Shown piece by piece: positions 1 to 9,752 of a stretch of DNA of 64,000 nucleotides. A program made the translations under genes and the position numbers. Each line of letters opens with the position of its first letter. The first letter of the stretch is position 1. The notes beneath the pieces were generated by a model. That model did not search any database, had not been told where the DNA came from, and was given only the letters and a program-made list of their open reading frames with translations. Location of the stretch: the IMG/VR virus record IMGVR_UViG_3300044680_000280, positions 342,735 through 406,734 of that record; one strand, 5' to 3'.

Positions 1-30
1 GACGTTGTGCGCGTTTGCGGCGCGTCAGGT

Positions 31-52
31 TGAGCCCCCGTAAGGGGGCTCA
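31..52. terminator. GC-rich hairpin, probable terminator of the minus-strand 54-1422 unit
   Basis: TGAGCCCCC-GTAA-GGGGGCTCA perfect 9-bp stem just past the stop of ORF 54..488. Confidence 0.55.
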
Positions 53-53
53 G

Positions 54-488
54 TCATTTTGTCACCATCGGGTTCTCTTTGTAGACCGGTGTGATGACGA
101 CGTTGGGGTTTGGTAGGTCGTCGCCGTCGTCGTCGTAGCACTCGTAATTCCAAATAGACCATCGGGCGAACTGCATTGAGTTGATGGCGGCGGCTAGTTC
201 GCTCGGGTAGATGATCGACGCGATGTCCGCCGAATTAATGGCAACACCTTTGATCAAGTCGATTTGACCGAAGGTGTCCGTACTTGGGTCATCATTCTTT
301 CGAAACAGGATGGTGCACAGCCCTGGGTATCGAATCTTCCCACTGATGCGGCCTTCCACGATTTGCCAGCCATTTCCCAGGGGAATGTCCGAGAGTTGGA
401 CACGGTAGTACACCACCTCAAGAGATGGCCTCACCCCTTCGTGTGGGATAGTAGCTCCGCAATTCGGACATTCGATGGGTGTGGTCAT
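54..488 (-). CDS. hypothetical protein, N-terminal CPNC knuckle
   Basis: 144-aa ORF, co-directional with upstream genes. Confidence 0.65.
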   Translation of the reverse strand: MTTPIECPNCGATIPHEGVRPSLEVVYYRVQLSDIPLGNGWQIVEGRISGKIRYPGLCTILFRKNDDPSTDTFGQIDLIKGVAINSADIASIIYPSELAAAINSMQFARWSIWNYECYDDDGDDLPNPNVVITPVYKENPMVTK

Positions 489-501
489 GACTCGTGATCC
501 C

Positions 502-831
502 TTACGCGACTAGGGTTCCGCACCAGTAACAGTTTCGTCCGACGTCGTTGACTCGTTGGCAACTGGAGTTTGGGCACGGGGCCTCCCTCGGCGGGATGAG
601 CTTCCACTGTCCAGTAACCCTGGCCGTATGGTGCATGTACAAAACCCTACCACGGTGTCTTGGAGCGACATACTCCACCGGGGCCATCACCCACGAGTCC
701 TCCCCGGCATCGTTCTCTTCGTTCGGGCGGATCACGTAGCAATGGGCTCCGACGAGCATGTCCTTGATCGAAGCGGATGTGTTGTCGCTTCCAACGAATT
801 CCCAAACCTGCCCCACCCTCACGTCGGTCAT
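502..831 (-). CDS. hypothetical protein with C-terminal CPNxxCxxxNDxGxNCYWCG zinc ribbon
   Basis: C-terminal module shared with 19045..19578 and 25057..25521. Confidence 0.8.
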   Translation of the reverse strand: MTDVRVGQVWEFVGSDNTSASIKDMLVGAHCYVIRPNEENDAGEDSWVMAPVEYVAPRHRGRVLYMHHTARVTGQWKLIPPREAPCPNSSCQRVNDVGRNCYWCGTLVA

Positions 832-834
832 GGG

Positions 835-1422
835 TCAATATCCGCCACGAATGTGTTTCTGAAGGTCCAGGTCAAGAGCAATGCGAGTGAGGGCATCCGC
901 GTGGTGGAGAAACTCGTTTCTTCGGTCGAGCCTTCGCGCGGTTTCCTGATCCTCTTTATCAAAGTCATCGGCAACGTGCCGAGCCGCACTCCTCAGTTCT
1001 TCTGCTCGAGATCGAATGTATCGTACGACCGGATCTCCGAGACGAATCTCGATCTCTTCAGGTGATAGTCCCCCCGCGAGCATGGCAGCAATACGAGCTC
1101 GTCCATCGAGTCTGTTAAACGCCACACGAATGTTCGGGTGATCGGAGGCGAATCTCCGCATGTCTTGCACTTCGATACAAAAGCGCCAGCCTTTTTCCTC
1201 CTCATGGGTGGATGCCCGGGCACTCAGGTAGAAACCCAGGGCGGGCGGGAACACCGTTGGGTCGTCGGATGCGAGCACATTCACCGGGGTGTGCTCGTTG
1301 TTCGTGCTCAACAGAATGACACCCACGTGTATCGCCCCCATAAGGTCGAGTACGTTCGAGTACGTGGTGATGGTTTCTGGTTCGGGCATCGAGAGGTACT
1401 TCAGACACTCGCGGGTCAACAT
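835..1422 (-). CDS. hypothetical protein
   Basis: 195 aa; CGGTGTA motif 10 nt upstream of ATG. Confidence 0.75.
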   Translation of the reverse strand: MLTRECLKYLSMPEPETITTYSNVLDLMGAIHVGVILLSTNNEHTPVNVLASDDPTVFPPALGFYLSARASTHEEEKGWRFCIEVQDMRRFASDHPNIRVAFNRLDGRARIAAMLAGGLSPEEIEIRLGDPVVRYIRSRAEELRSAARHVADDFDKEDQETARRLDRRNEFLHHADALTRIALDLDLQKHIRGGY

Positions 1423-1633
1423 GCTCTGTTAATACACCGGGAGCCGTCGCTTCAGATGGTGTAAGAATGGGGTATGCGCATCATCGGGCGGATCGGATAC
1501 GCTGACCATCAAGATGCGAGAACCTCTCGGGGAGCTCTCGGACGAGCAGGTTGCGGCTCTTATGGCTCCGCGTACCGGTCAAGTGGGCGTTTCTGATTGA
1601 ACCTTGATCCCTTCCGTGCTCTATTGACCTCCC

Positions 1634-2002
1634 ATGAGCAGCACACCCATTGAGATACCCGTTGCCATTCGTAGGGTACGTTTCAATCCGTTACCCGGGG
1701 TATCTTTTCGCCTCACCATGTGGGAGACTCGCGAAAAGTCCCTCCTGGGGGGCAACACGATCAGTTACCGTCTCATGATGCACGTGACGGGGCATCCGGC
1801 CGTTGAGCTCTTCAATGGAACCCAGTTCTCCGTACTCAAACACACTACGGAGTCGGATGAGGCTCTGAGCCTTCTAATGTTTTACCTTGTGTTCGCGAAA
1901 GAGGCGAACCCCGCTACTGCGAAACATCACCAGGAATTCGTCGAAAAATACGCCGTCACCCTTTGGTCCGAGGTAGAGGACCGATTTGGAGGACTCCCGT
2001 GA
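1634..2002 (+). CDS. hypothetical phage protein
   Basis: TTGAAC-class motif upstream; first gene of an overlapping + strand run. Confidence 0.75.
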   Translation: MSSTPIEIPVAIRRVRFNPLPGVSFRLTMWETREKSLLGGNTISYRLMMHVTGHPAVELFNGTQFSVLKHTTESDEALSLLMFYLVFAKEANPATAKHHQEFVEKYAVTLWSEVEDRFGGLP

Positions 2003-2346
2003 TTGAGAGAGCTGTGGAACGAGTGCGTGTAGGGGCGGCCATTGGGACAGCGTACCTGTCCACCGGGGTTGCGTATCTGTCGTCCGGTCTGGCCAAGCTG
2101 GGGGTCGTTTCCCACGGGTACGCTTGCGGTAGGCACATGGACGCTATCGATGCCCACGAGCTGTGCCACGACTGGAATGGGACCACGCGGCACATCGAAC
2201 AGATGGCGCTGGAAGTCGAGCTTCAGAAGGCATGGGAACTCACCGAGGAGCTCCGCCTTCGGGAACGACGGTTCGGCCCCCTACCTGCTGACGAAGTCAA
2301 CCAGATGAAGGCTGAGTCCACCGTGCGGCTTTCGGGGTCCAAGTGA
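1999..2346 (+). CDS. hypothetical protein
   Basis: GTGA start/stop overlaps with both neighbours. Confidence 0.6.
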   Translation: MIERAVERVRVGAAIGTAYLSTGVAYLSSGLAKLGVVSHGYACGRHMDAIDAHELCHDWNGTTRHIEQMALEVELQKAWELTEELRLRERRFGPLPADEVNQMKAESTVRLSGSK

Positions 2347-2777
2347 GCGCGGCGCCCGGCTACTACGTGTCGGCTATAAGAGGAGAACTCGTTGCATTGC
2401 CCGCCGGACCGTTTGCAACTCATGCCGAGGCCATCGCATCCGTCGACAGTGTTCGAACGCGATGGGCGGATTTGGACCCGTCAACACACTTTGCGGCCTG
2501 GGGCACGTGCCGGGTTCGCGCGGATGGAGAGGCTGCTCCCGAGAAGCCGAAGCGCCGTGTGCGCCTGCCGCTGTTTGATCCGTTGCCGAGCAAAGGTCGA
2601 TTTCGCGTGTACGTGAACTCTATCGGCTCACTCTGTTGGCGCCCCGCTGGCGCCCCGATCCCCGATAACGGACGATGGGAAGAACTTGCACGCGTGAACA
2701 TGCCGCGTGGACGAGAAACCGACCTCAACGGCGTGTTTGCTGCATATGACGCGTTGCTTAGGGTGTACGCGTTATGA
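2343..2777 (+). CDS. hypothetical phage protein
   Basis: 144 aa, GTGA overlap; YYVS..GPF.TH.EA pattern. Confidence 0.7.
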   Translation: MSAAPGYYVSAIRGELVALPAGPFATHAEAIASVDSVRTRWADLDPSTHFAAWGTCRVRADGEAAPEKPKRRVRLPLFDPLPSKGRFRVYVNSIGSLCWRPAGAPIPDNGRWEELARVNMPRGRETDLNGVFAAYDALLRVYAL

Positions 2778-2837
2778 GTACGGATCTCTACTCTGGTGAG
2801 TGCAAGCATTCTTGTGCGTCAACCGGATAAGCATGGC

Positions 2838-2865
2838 TTGAACTTCTCGCTGGCCGGGCTGTACT
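2838..2865 (+). promoter_or_regulatory. class II promoter motif TTGAAC-N17/18-GTACT (representative copy; about 16 in window)
   Basis: recurs upstream of starts at 1634, 2888, 3435, 5060(-), 7264(-), 7787, 9446, 16873(-), 18351, 21930, 28968, 29777, 30259, 38487, 47372, 63299. Confidence 0.7.
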
Positions 2866-2887
2866 CCCCCCAAGGAAGAAAAAACGA

Positions 2888-3118
2888 ATGATTACATTTG
2901 CAGCCGTGATGTCGTGCGACCATCCTGAATGTGAAACGAAGGTTGAAGTTAAACTTTACCTCAGGATGAAGACTGGACGAGTCGGGTATGACGGAGGAGT
3001 GGGACGAGAAGTCCCAGAGCTGGGTTTTAATCACCCCTTAGGTTGGAGCGAGGAGCAGGACTGTTCCGGTCGGATGCGAAACTTTTGTAAGGAGCACGTC
3101 CAGGGGGAACGACGATGA
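2888..3118 (+). CDS. small Cys-containing hypothetical protein
   Basis: class II promoter and AAGGA upstream; CDHPEC...FCKEH. Confidence 0.7.
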   Translation: MITFAAVMSCDHPECETKVEVKLYLRMKTGRVGYDGGVGREVPELGFNHPLGWSEEQDCSGRMRNFCKEHVQGERR

Positions 3119-3396
3119 AGGCCGCCGACAAGATTTGGATCTACTACCAGTTTTTCACGAAGGAGCCCGCGTTCAAGGAGATCCTTCGTGATGATCCGAG
3201 GCTCGAATGGGACGCTCCGGGCACCCCTCCGGGCACAGTCCGTTACTCCCATCGAAAAGGGGGGAAGTGGACCTACGCCAACTTCGGCAACACCAAGCAG
3301 GAAGCCGCGGACAGCGCCAATCGTTACGATTTCGAAAAGATCGCGAAACTCGAAGCCGAGATCACTAGGATCAAGGCGAGACTCGTCAAGCCGTAA
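3115..3396 (+). CDS. hypothetical protein
   Basis: ATGA overlap with the previous gene. Confidence 0.7.
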   Translation: MKAADKIWIYYQFFTKEPAFKEILRDDPRLEWDAPGTPPGTVRYSHRKGGKWTYANFGNTKQEAADSANRYDFEKIAKLEAEITRIKARLVKP

Positions 3397-3434
3397 AGGT
3401 TGAACTTCCCTCACTCCAGCGCTGTACTACTCCC

Positions 3435-3794
3435 ATGCTCACCAACTTTTCGATCGGTCGCCGCTACCTTTGCACTCCAAAGGGTCGCGCCCACTTCTAC
3501 TTCACGATCCTCGGTCCCGGGCCGAACTACGCGGACAAGCCGTCGAAGACGCACAAACTGTGCCGCATCGACGTTCTCCCCGACCATCTCAACATGCCCG
3601 GCGGATCGTCCAACGGTTCCGTGGCGACCTACTCCCACTCACATTTGAAGAAATACGGGAAGCTCGTCGAGGTCAAGTCGCTCGAGGTGAAGCCTGGGGC
3701 CTTCTGTATGTACGCGGAGTATGTTACGCTCGAGGGTGAGACCGTCTCGATCAGTCTGGAGGGCGAGAACCGAGCCCCCGCGAGCCTCACATGA
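3435..3794 (+). CDS. hypothetical protein
   Basis: class II promoter directly upstream. Confidence 0.7.
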   Translation: MLTNFSIGRRYLCTPKGRAHFYFTILGPGPNYADKPSKTHKLCRIDVLPDHLNMPGGSSNGSVATYSHSHLKKYGKLVEVKSLEVKPGAFCMYAEYVTLEGETVSISLEGENRAPASLT

Positions 3795-3991
3795 AAACTC
3801 GAATGACCAAGGTCGACCGTACTGCCGCGTGGTCCAGGCTCGGTAAAGAGATCTCGCGCTGGCAGAAGCTCAGTGAAACGGACCTCTTTGAGGAGGTCAA
3901 AAGGGAATGGCCCAGCGTCGTCAGCGCGACGCGCGATGAGTGCCTACGATTTCTCGTGCTCAACTTTGTGTCGCGTCACTTCGACGCGTAG
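3791..3991 (+). CDS. hypothetical protein
   Basis: ATGA overlap. Confidence 0.6.
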   Translation: MKTRMTKVDRTAAWSRLGKEISRWQKLSETDLFEEVKREWPSVVSATRDECLRFLVLNFVSRHFDA

Positions 3992-4007
3992 TAGTCGGAG
4001 TCGGAGT

Positions 4008-4014
4008 CGGTGTA
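4008..4014 (+). promoter_or_regulatory. class I promoter motif YGGTGTA, 9-11 nt before the start codon (representative copy; about 60 in window)
   Basis: CGGTGTA-ctgataaggc-ATG; same spacing before dozens of genes on both strands. Confidence 0.8.
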
Positions 4015-4024
4015 CTGATAAGGC

Positions 4025-4273
4025 ATGGACGATCCTCACGTTGAGGTTTGGGTAAAGTGTCTCCCGTGCAACGGAACGGGTGACGAGCCCCATTTGCCTT
4101 TCGAGCAGTACAAGCCCTGGGAAGTACCGCTGGACATCATTGCGACCGGTCATCCACGTCCGTGCCTCCAGTGCAATGCTCATCACACTGGGAAGCATCC
4201 TGGACGAGTTATGATTCTGGTGCCGGTGTCTGAGCTCAAGCCCGCCGTGGACCGTGGGGTGGTCGAGGCATGA
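4025..4273 (+). CDS. small zinc-binding protein (CxxCxGxG...CxxC)
   Basis: class I motif; CLPCNGTG and CLQC. Confidence 0.7.
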   Translation: MDDPHVEVWVKCLPCNGTGDEPHLPFEQYKPWEVPLDIIATGHPRPCLQCNAHHTGKHPGRVMILVPVSELKPAVDRGVVEA

Positions 4274-4569
4274 AGCCCTGCCCCAACTGCGGCTCGACGA
4301 GCCCACGGCGCTTGCACGACCCGGACACGGGGGTCTGCAAGAACGAGTACGGTTGTCTCTCCCGCTGCTGCCGACGCCGCAAGGAAGAGGACGACAAGCG
4401 ATTCGGGGGCAAGCGGCGGGTGCAGTGCACCGCAACGACCGGACATCTGAGCATCACCTTCTGTGAGCTGGGAGAAGGGCACACGGGACTCCACCAACGC
4501 AATACGAAGCAGTGGGGAGGTAACTGCACGCACCCTCTGGCCGCCGCTCTCCACGCGGGGCTCGCGTAA
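4270..4569 (+). CDS. Cys/His-rich hypothetical protein
   Basis: ATGA overlap; several Cys/His clusters. Confidence 0.65.
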   Translation: MKPCPNCGSTSPRRLHDPDTGVCKNEYGCLSRCCRRRKEEDDKRFGGKRRVQCTATTGHLSITFCELGEGHTGLHQRNTKQWGGNCTHPLAAALHAGLA

Positions 4570-4577
4570 ACCCATAC

Positions 4578-5060
4578 CTACTTCCGAAGGGCTAGCTTCG
4601 TTCCCGTGGCGACCGAGTTAACGAAGATCAAGTACCCGAGAGCGACGTACGGCATCGCGTGAAGAATCTCGGGCATCGGGGTGATCAGGACGAGCTCGAT
4701 GAGTGCGACGAAACCGAGCGCCTTTCGCTTGCAGAAAAACGCACGAGCCGTCCACTCGTAGACCGTCGGGGCGCTGAAAAGCAGGGCTCCCGCGACGATG
4801 ACGAGGTAGGAGGCGAGGAGCGGCATCGGGGTCGTCGCCGTGATCGCCAGGTGGCTGATGCAGTAGGCAAACGACGGGACGACTGCTCCGAACGCCCCAC
4901 CCATTAGGGTAGCAAGGCAGTTCTCCGGGCGGCACGCAACCTGAATCTGCTCGACCACACCCATCGCATTGATTTCGGTCTTCGACCGCTTCGCGCTGAC
5001 CTTGCGGGCCGACTTCGGTGACTCTTCCTCGGGTCCAATGAGCTTCAGATTCGGGTTCAT
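4578..5060 (-). CDS. multi-pass membrane protein
   Basis: class II promoter plus AAGGAG RBS; about 4 hydrophobic segments. Confidence 0.75.
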   Translation of the reverse strand: MNPNLKLIGPEEESPKSARKVSAKRSKTEINAMGVVEQIQVACRPENCLATLMGGAFGAVVPSFAYCISHLAITATTPMPLLASYLVIVAGALLFSAPTVYEWTARAFFCKRKALGFVALIELVLITPMPEILHAMPYVALGYLIFVNSVATGTKLALRK

Positions 5061-5144
5061 CGTTGTCTCCTTGGGAATGAGTACAACGCGACAAGTGGGA
5101 AGGTTCAAACCCCAAATGGAGTGAATCGGTGTATACGCCTATTC

Positions 5145-5606
5145 ATGACGAAGGACGAACGAATTCAAGCTCTTTGCATCAGCCTCGCCAGCTTCATTGC
5201 TGAGATTGACACCAGTAGCATCAAGGTCGCGACCTATTTGGAACAGAGGTTGCGTCCGATTCTCTCCGAAGTAAGCAATGACCTGCTTGACCAAGTCGGG
5301 AACGACGGTCGGAAGTTGCTCGAGCCATCAGCGCTACCACCGGGCGACGTGGTGAACCCCGTGGACTGTCGCCATGGGAATTCCGAATCCGAATGTTGGG
5401 TGTGTGCTGACAGCCGTGCCGATGAGACCATTCAAAAACTCCGAGATTCTCTTATCTCTTCAAGGGAAACTCTGCTCGACTGCCATCGAGCCCTGAGAAG
5501 TCTGAAACCGTATCAAGCGATGCTCGTCGCCGAGCTCGAAGAGGCCTTCAAGAAGATCGATGAGATTCTCAGTGGGACTTGCGGAGGTCCACGCTCCGAG
5601 ATATAA
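5145..5606 (+). CDS. hypothetical protein
   Basis: class I motif 11 nt upstream. Confidence 0.7.
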   Translation: MTKDERIQALCISLASFIAEIDTSSIKVATYLEQRLRPILSEVSNDLLDQVGNDGRKLLEPSALPPGDVVNPVDCRHGNSESECWVCADSRADETIQKLRDSLISSRETLLDCHRALRSLKPYQAMLVAELEEAFKKIDEILSGTCGGPRSEI

Positions 5607-5734
5607 TCATGGGGATCCTCGGAAGATATTGGCGCCTTAGATCCGAAGGGGTTGTGCTGGGGCTGCGACCAAGCTTACTGGCACCCCGTGGGGTTGACCG
5701 ACCGTAACAAGTCGGCGGCCCCACGTTCTTTCCA

Positions 5735-6505
5735 TCAGAATTGCAGTTTCGGACTGTCGCCCGGGTCGTCGCCCGCTATCGGCTCATCGTTCAATATGCC
5801 TCTGGCGATGCATATATCCCAGAAGGCATACCAAACAGTTCGAGTCTCCGCGCGGACTGCATTCAAGGCGCGGAGAACAATGTTTTTGTCGTCCTCGTTT
5901 TCTGCCTTCTCGTAGATGTCTCGTAGATGTTGGATACTGGTATGGAGGACACCCAATCCTGACACCCAATCCACGTCCTGTTTGATATTTGAGTCGTCGG
6001 GTATCAACTTCGTCAGGGCCCAAAGGACACGGTAGATGTCCCCCGTTGAGAGGACGAATCGGTCAGGATCAGAAGAGTTCCACCGTTTCTCGAACTCGGT
6101 TTTCCATTCAGGAGGGGGGTAGAGAGGTGCTTCTGGCGCCCCTCGGAGAAGGAACTTCTTGAGGCTCGGGAACTCTTGAGCGAGCTTGCATACGCTTGCC
6201 CACTGTCGGCTCGTCGGAGCCCTCAGAACGCCATCGAGCGCCTCATTCAAGTGCTCAACCGGGATTCCGTGCTCAGTGGCGAAGTGAGCACACTGTCGGT
6301 CATTTGGATCACAATCCCAACGACGGCCTCGGATAATACGCTTGAGCTCAGTGGCAAGCGAGACGTTCGTGTAGGCGGCGATGTCGGTCGGAAGCGGGGG
6401 CTCGACGTAGACGTACGGTCTCTCTTCTTCCTCGAGAATGTGTTCCCACACCGACTTTTTCGGCTCCCGCATGGGAGCCTTTGCACGGCGCAAGCTGATT
6501 GCCAT
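5735..6505 (-). CDS. hypothetical protein with N-terminal KKSVWEHILEEE tag
   Basis: 256 aa; class I motif. Confidence 0.75.
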   Translation of the reverse strand: MAISLRRAKAPMREPKKSVWEHILEEEERPYVYVEPPLPTDIAAYTNVSLATELKRIIRGRRWDCDPNDRQCAHFATEHGIPVEHLNEALDGVLRAPTSRQWASVCKLAQEFPSLKKFLLRGAPEAPLYPPPEWKTEFEKRWNSSDPDRFVLSTGDIYRVLWALTKLIPDDSNIKQDVDWVSGLGVLHTSIQHLRDIYEKAENEDDKNIVLRALNAVRAETRTVWYAFWDICIARGILNDEPIAGDDPGDSPKLQF

Positions 6506-6527
6506 GCACCTATACGTACACCGATCC

Positions 6528-6923
6528 TCACGAGACGACTAGAACGGTTTTTGGGGCTAGTTTCCTGTCAACCGACACGTGCACGGCGCTGGGTGAACCG
6601 TCATCCATGAGCGATAAACACCCTAGGATGCCCCGACGGTTCAAGGCCGAGTCGACGACCATCTTGATCCGATGCCACGCGTACTGGCGGATGGCGGCGA
6701 AGTCCTCCGGGTACAGGGCGATTTGTATGGCCTCCGTAGGGATTCGGTTGATCAAATCGAGGACTTCGGGCGGGCACCTATTGTCCAGCTCTTTTTCCAG
6801 CTCTTGTATTCGATTCCACAAGAGAACTTCCTCTCGAGTGGCTTCGTGTTCTTCACAAGGTGAGCGGAAACCGACTCTTTCAATCCACCCCGTCGAGTCT
6901 TTGTAGTTGAAATCGAAACCCAC
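6528..6923 (-). CDS. hypothetical protein
   Basis: class I motif before GTG. Confidence 0.65.
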   Translation of the reverse strand: MGFDFNYKDSTGWIERVGFRSPCEEHEATREEVLLWNRIQELEKELDNRCPPEVLDLINRIPTEAIQIALYPEDFAAIRQYAWHRIKMVVDSALNRRGILGCLSLMDDGSPSAVHVSVDRKLAPKTVLVVS

Positions 6924-7060
6924 ACCGTATCAGTACACCGACGCCCGTAAAATCCTAGGTAGACCGTTCCCACAAATAAAACGCTTGTACACCCACCCTA
7001 AGCTTCAAACGCCGAAGACATTGTCAGGCAAAGCCCGACGCAACGACGGAATGCGTGTCC

Positions 7061-7612
7061 TTACATCAAATCGGCGGGGTCGCCCGGCTCGGCGTCCGCC
7101 GGACCATCGAACTCAACCGAACCCTTGACGAGGTCCTTTTTGAACTGTCGCTTGAGGAACTTCTCGAGCGCGACCAGGAACTCGGGCGAGTTGGCGACAT
7201 CCGAGACGTCCGCCGTCGCTGTAAATAGGACGTTCATCTTGTGGTAAAAAGGCTGCTTGTTCATGGTGTCAGTACGGCGTGGCGAGTGTGGGGGTTCAAG
7301 TGCTTCGTCCATGAGGTGGCTCCAAATGGTGCGACGCGGTCCGTTTGGAGCCACCTTGGGCTCCTCCTTCAGCTCTTCGACCAAAGACTGACGCTCATCC
7401 CGCTCTCGAATGATTCGTCGTAAGACGTCGACGGCGCCCCCATCCGGCCCATGTTCACCGACGTGTTGGACGAGTATTTGTAGCAGCTCCCCGTACGTGC
7501 CTGGAACCGCCATTGCTTCCCCATCCTGAAGCTGAGACAGGAGATCGGAAACGGCATCGAGCTCCCCTGGGAGCAGGTCACCGAGCAAGTCTCGTTGGAG
7601 GGTAAAAGGCAT
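7061..7612 (-). CDS. hypothetical protein; likely in-frame join of a tagged gene (..RRTIWSHLMDE) and a second gene starting at 7264
   Basis: class I motif upstream; internal class II promoter before ATG 7264. Confidence 0.65.
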   Translation of the reverse strand: MPFTLQRDLLGDLLPGELDAVSDLLSQLQDGEAMAVPGTYGELLQILVQHVGEHGPDGGAVDVLRRIIRERDERQSLVEELKEEPKVAPNGPRRTIWSHLMDEALEPPHSPRRTDTMNKQPFYHKMNVLFTATADVSDVANSPEFLVALEKFLKRQFKKDLVKGSVEFDGPADAEPGDPADLM

Positions 7613-7786
7613 CGTCAGATTTACCTACACCGGATCTGGACTTACGGCCCGACGGGGGTTTCATCTTCCACTTGTCGATCGCGTTAGGGTATGATCCCCC
7701 TCGTGGCTCGCGTTGTGAGACGTGGTCGGAACTTTTAGGAACTGTTTTAAGTTGAACCCTAGGGGAGACCGCGCTGTACTCCCCCC

Positions 7787-8146
7787 ATGGAAGACCGGCT
7801 CATTCTAATCTCAGCCTTTTGGCGGAACGATTGCCCCGACGGAGTCGGCTGCACGTTCGAGTTCCAAGGGAACGATGGGGAAACGATGGCGAAGTTGATC
7901 GAGGATACCGTCAAGGTGTACGATCAGCACCCTGAGGTTCCCGTCGAGGAGTACGTTGAACAGTTGCGAGCGATTGGGCTGACCCCGATAGATCTCCGAG
8001 ACGAGCAGATGCTGATGCTCGCGATGATCAACATCGCCTGGCTCGAGCGTCGCGGCCACATTCCGACGGATGAGTTCAACGGAATGCTCTACGTGCGGTT
8101 GATCAAAGGTGAACCCACTCCGTCGAAGGTGCCCTTCACCAACTGA
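7787..8146 (+). CDS. hypothetical protein
   Basis: class II promoter, ATG follows without an RBS. Confidence 0.75.
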   Translation: MEDRLILISAFWRNDCPDGVGCTFEFQGNDGETMAKLIEDTVKVYDQHPEVPVEEYVEQLRAIGLTPIDLRDEQMLMLAMINIAWLERRGHIPTDEFNGMLYVRLIKGEPTPSKVPFTN

Positions 8147-8149
8147 GTC

Positions 8150-8824
8150 TCAGAGGTGGTGGAAGTCGATTTCGATGTGGCTGATTTCGTTGCGATCGAT
8201 TCGGCGAGGTAGGTAGTCCAGTGGGTACTTGCCGTTTGTTTTGTAAACTTGCCGCCGATGGTCGGCTCTTTCAATGTTGATGATCGCATCGGTGACCCGC
8301 GTCCAACCACCACGAAACACACGGACAGCATCCAAGGACAGTGGGTTGGCGGTGTAGAAGGGCGGTATCTGTGGGTGAATGCTCGAGCCGTCGTGGAAGT
8401 ACATCACTGGGGGTGTGGAGAAAAGCAACCCCTCTTTCTCTCCCCAGAGCTTCCCATCTTGCGTGAAGACTCGCAGCTCCATTGATGTGTCGATCCTCGG
8501 GACGTCCGTAATGGAAAGAACCGCCTCTTTGAAGGTTCTTACGATGCGGGACCCTCTTCTGGCGGCGCACTGCTCCTCGTACATCTGACGTATGCGGCCC
8601 GGTTCTAAATTGCTGAATGGATCGTTCTCTCGTCGCGGCCACAGGCGATTGAGCTCGTTGAGGTCGACGGGTAGGGAAATCCGACTGAACCTCGTTCCAG
8701 GGAGTTTATCCTCGGGAGTTCTCTCGACAGCCTCTTTGGTCGCTGCGTTGGCACGGGAACCCGCAAAGAGAGCGGTGGGAATGGCGGCAAGGCCGGATAG
8801 AAGGGATCTTCTGGTGGTGTGCAT
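8150..8824 (-). CDS. putative Tat-exported protein
   Basis: N-terminal TRRSLL twin-arginine motif, hydrophobic stretch, ANA cleavage site; class I motif. Confidence 0.65.
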   Translation of the reverse strand: MHTTRRSLLSGLAAIPTALFAGSRANAATKEAVERTPEDKLPGTRFSRISLPVDLNELNRLWPRRENDPFSNLEPGRIRQMYEEQCAARRGSRIVRTFKEAVLSITDVPRIDTSMELRVFTQDGKLWGEKEGLLFSTPPVMYFHDGSSIHPQIPPFYTANPLSLDAVRVFRGGWTRVTDAIINIERADHRRQVYKTNGKYPLDYLPRRIDRNEISHIEIDFHHL

Positions 8825-8899
8825 GGAGAAAGGTTACACCAACGCCTGGGCGTTTTGGGATTCTTCGGCAATTTCTCCCAACGGTGTAATCTTTCTCCC

Positions 8900-9247
8900 A
8901 TGAGCACCCAATTGCAAATGAATGCTCGGTATGCCGAGACCCGCATCGAAAACGCGAAGGGTCAGACCATGGACGAGGTGGTCGAGGAGATGCGACAGAA
9001 GCACTGGGTGCCACTTCGCCGGGCTCTACTGCTGGAAGGTGTGACCCTAAGTCGCTACTGCGACTTTCTCAACGCTTGGCGAAAAGGGATCACGCGTTAC
9101 ATAACCCACGGTTGGCCGGAATTTTGCTACATTCGTCTGCAACCGGGGTCGATTTCGTCGCTGGCGCACCCGGATCAAGGTCGCGGGCTGACCGAGGTAG
9201 GGGTTGTAGACGAGGTTCATGCAGGAAATACAGCGAATGAGCTCTAG
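8900..9247 (+). CDS. hypothetical protein
   Basis: class I motif. Confidence 0.7.
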   Translation: MSTQLQMNARYAETRIENAKGQTMDEVVEEMRQKHWVPLRRALLLEGVTLSRYCDFLNAWRKGITRYITHGWPEFCYIRLQPGSISSLAHPDQGRGLTEVGVVDEVHAGNTANEL

Positions 9248-9445
9248 AAGTTCAAGAGTTGCGGGAAGCTAAAGTTTTCCGGAAACCCTACCCAATCACC
9301 CCTCAATGGGGACGAGTCCTGGAAGGCCCCGAGACGGGTCGAGTCGTGACGGGACTCACTCGAGGTACGCTGAGAACGGAGCGTTGAATTTTTCACTTGA
9401 ACCCGGGTCGGGTTGTGGCTTTACTGTCAACACAAGGAGACAACG

Positions 9446-9709
9446 ATGAAGACTTTTCAGGTGGCAGATCGTGAACACATGGGCGGACACGTTGCGGTTC
9501 TCAAGCGGGTGGACAACGCCGAAGTTCAAGTGCCCCCGTCGAAGGGGTTCTACGTCCGGGCCATCCGAGCCGATGGTTCCCCCAGCACGATCGGCTTCTA
9601 CTCCGACGAGCATACGGCCAACACCGAAATCTCGTTCCTGAAAGGGAACCGTATCCCGGACCCCAAGCTGGCGGACGCCGTCGACTTCGACATCGTTCCC
9701 GGCCGCTGA
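9446..9709 (+). CDS. hypothetical protein
   Basis: class II-like promoter plus AAGGAG RBS. Confidence 0.75.
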   Translation: MKTFQVADREHMGGHVAVLKRVDNAEVQVPPSKGFYVRAIRADGSPSTIGFYSDEHTANTEISFLKGNRIPDPKLADAVDFDIVPGR

Positions 9710-9752
9710 TTCCGACACACAGAAGACCTCTCACCCACACGCAAGAAAGACC

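Noticed and set aside
3995-4010. Micro-repeats AGTCGG x3 here and CCGTTC x4 at about 44437-44460
   Set aside because: Short slippage-type repeats with no evident function.
4008-4027. GGTGTA as a Shine-Dalgarno variant (GGTG matches part of the anti-SD)
   Set aside because: Too far from the start codon, the invariant TA is not complementary to the 16S tail, and the motif also precedes a non-coding RNA.
7017-7060. c-di-GMP-I riboswitch-like words GGCAAA...GACGCAA
   Set aside because: P2 stem/GNRA loop and P3 are missing, and there is no suitably oriented downstream gene.
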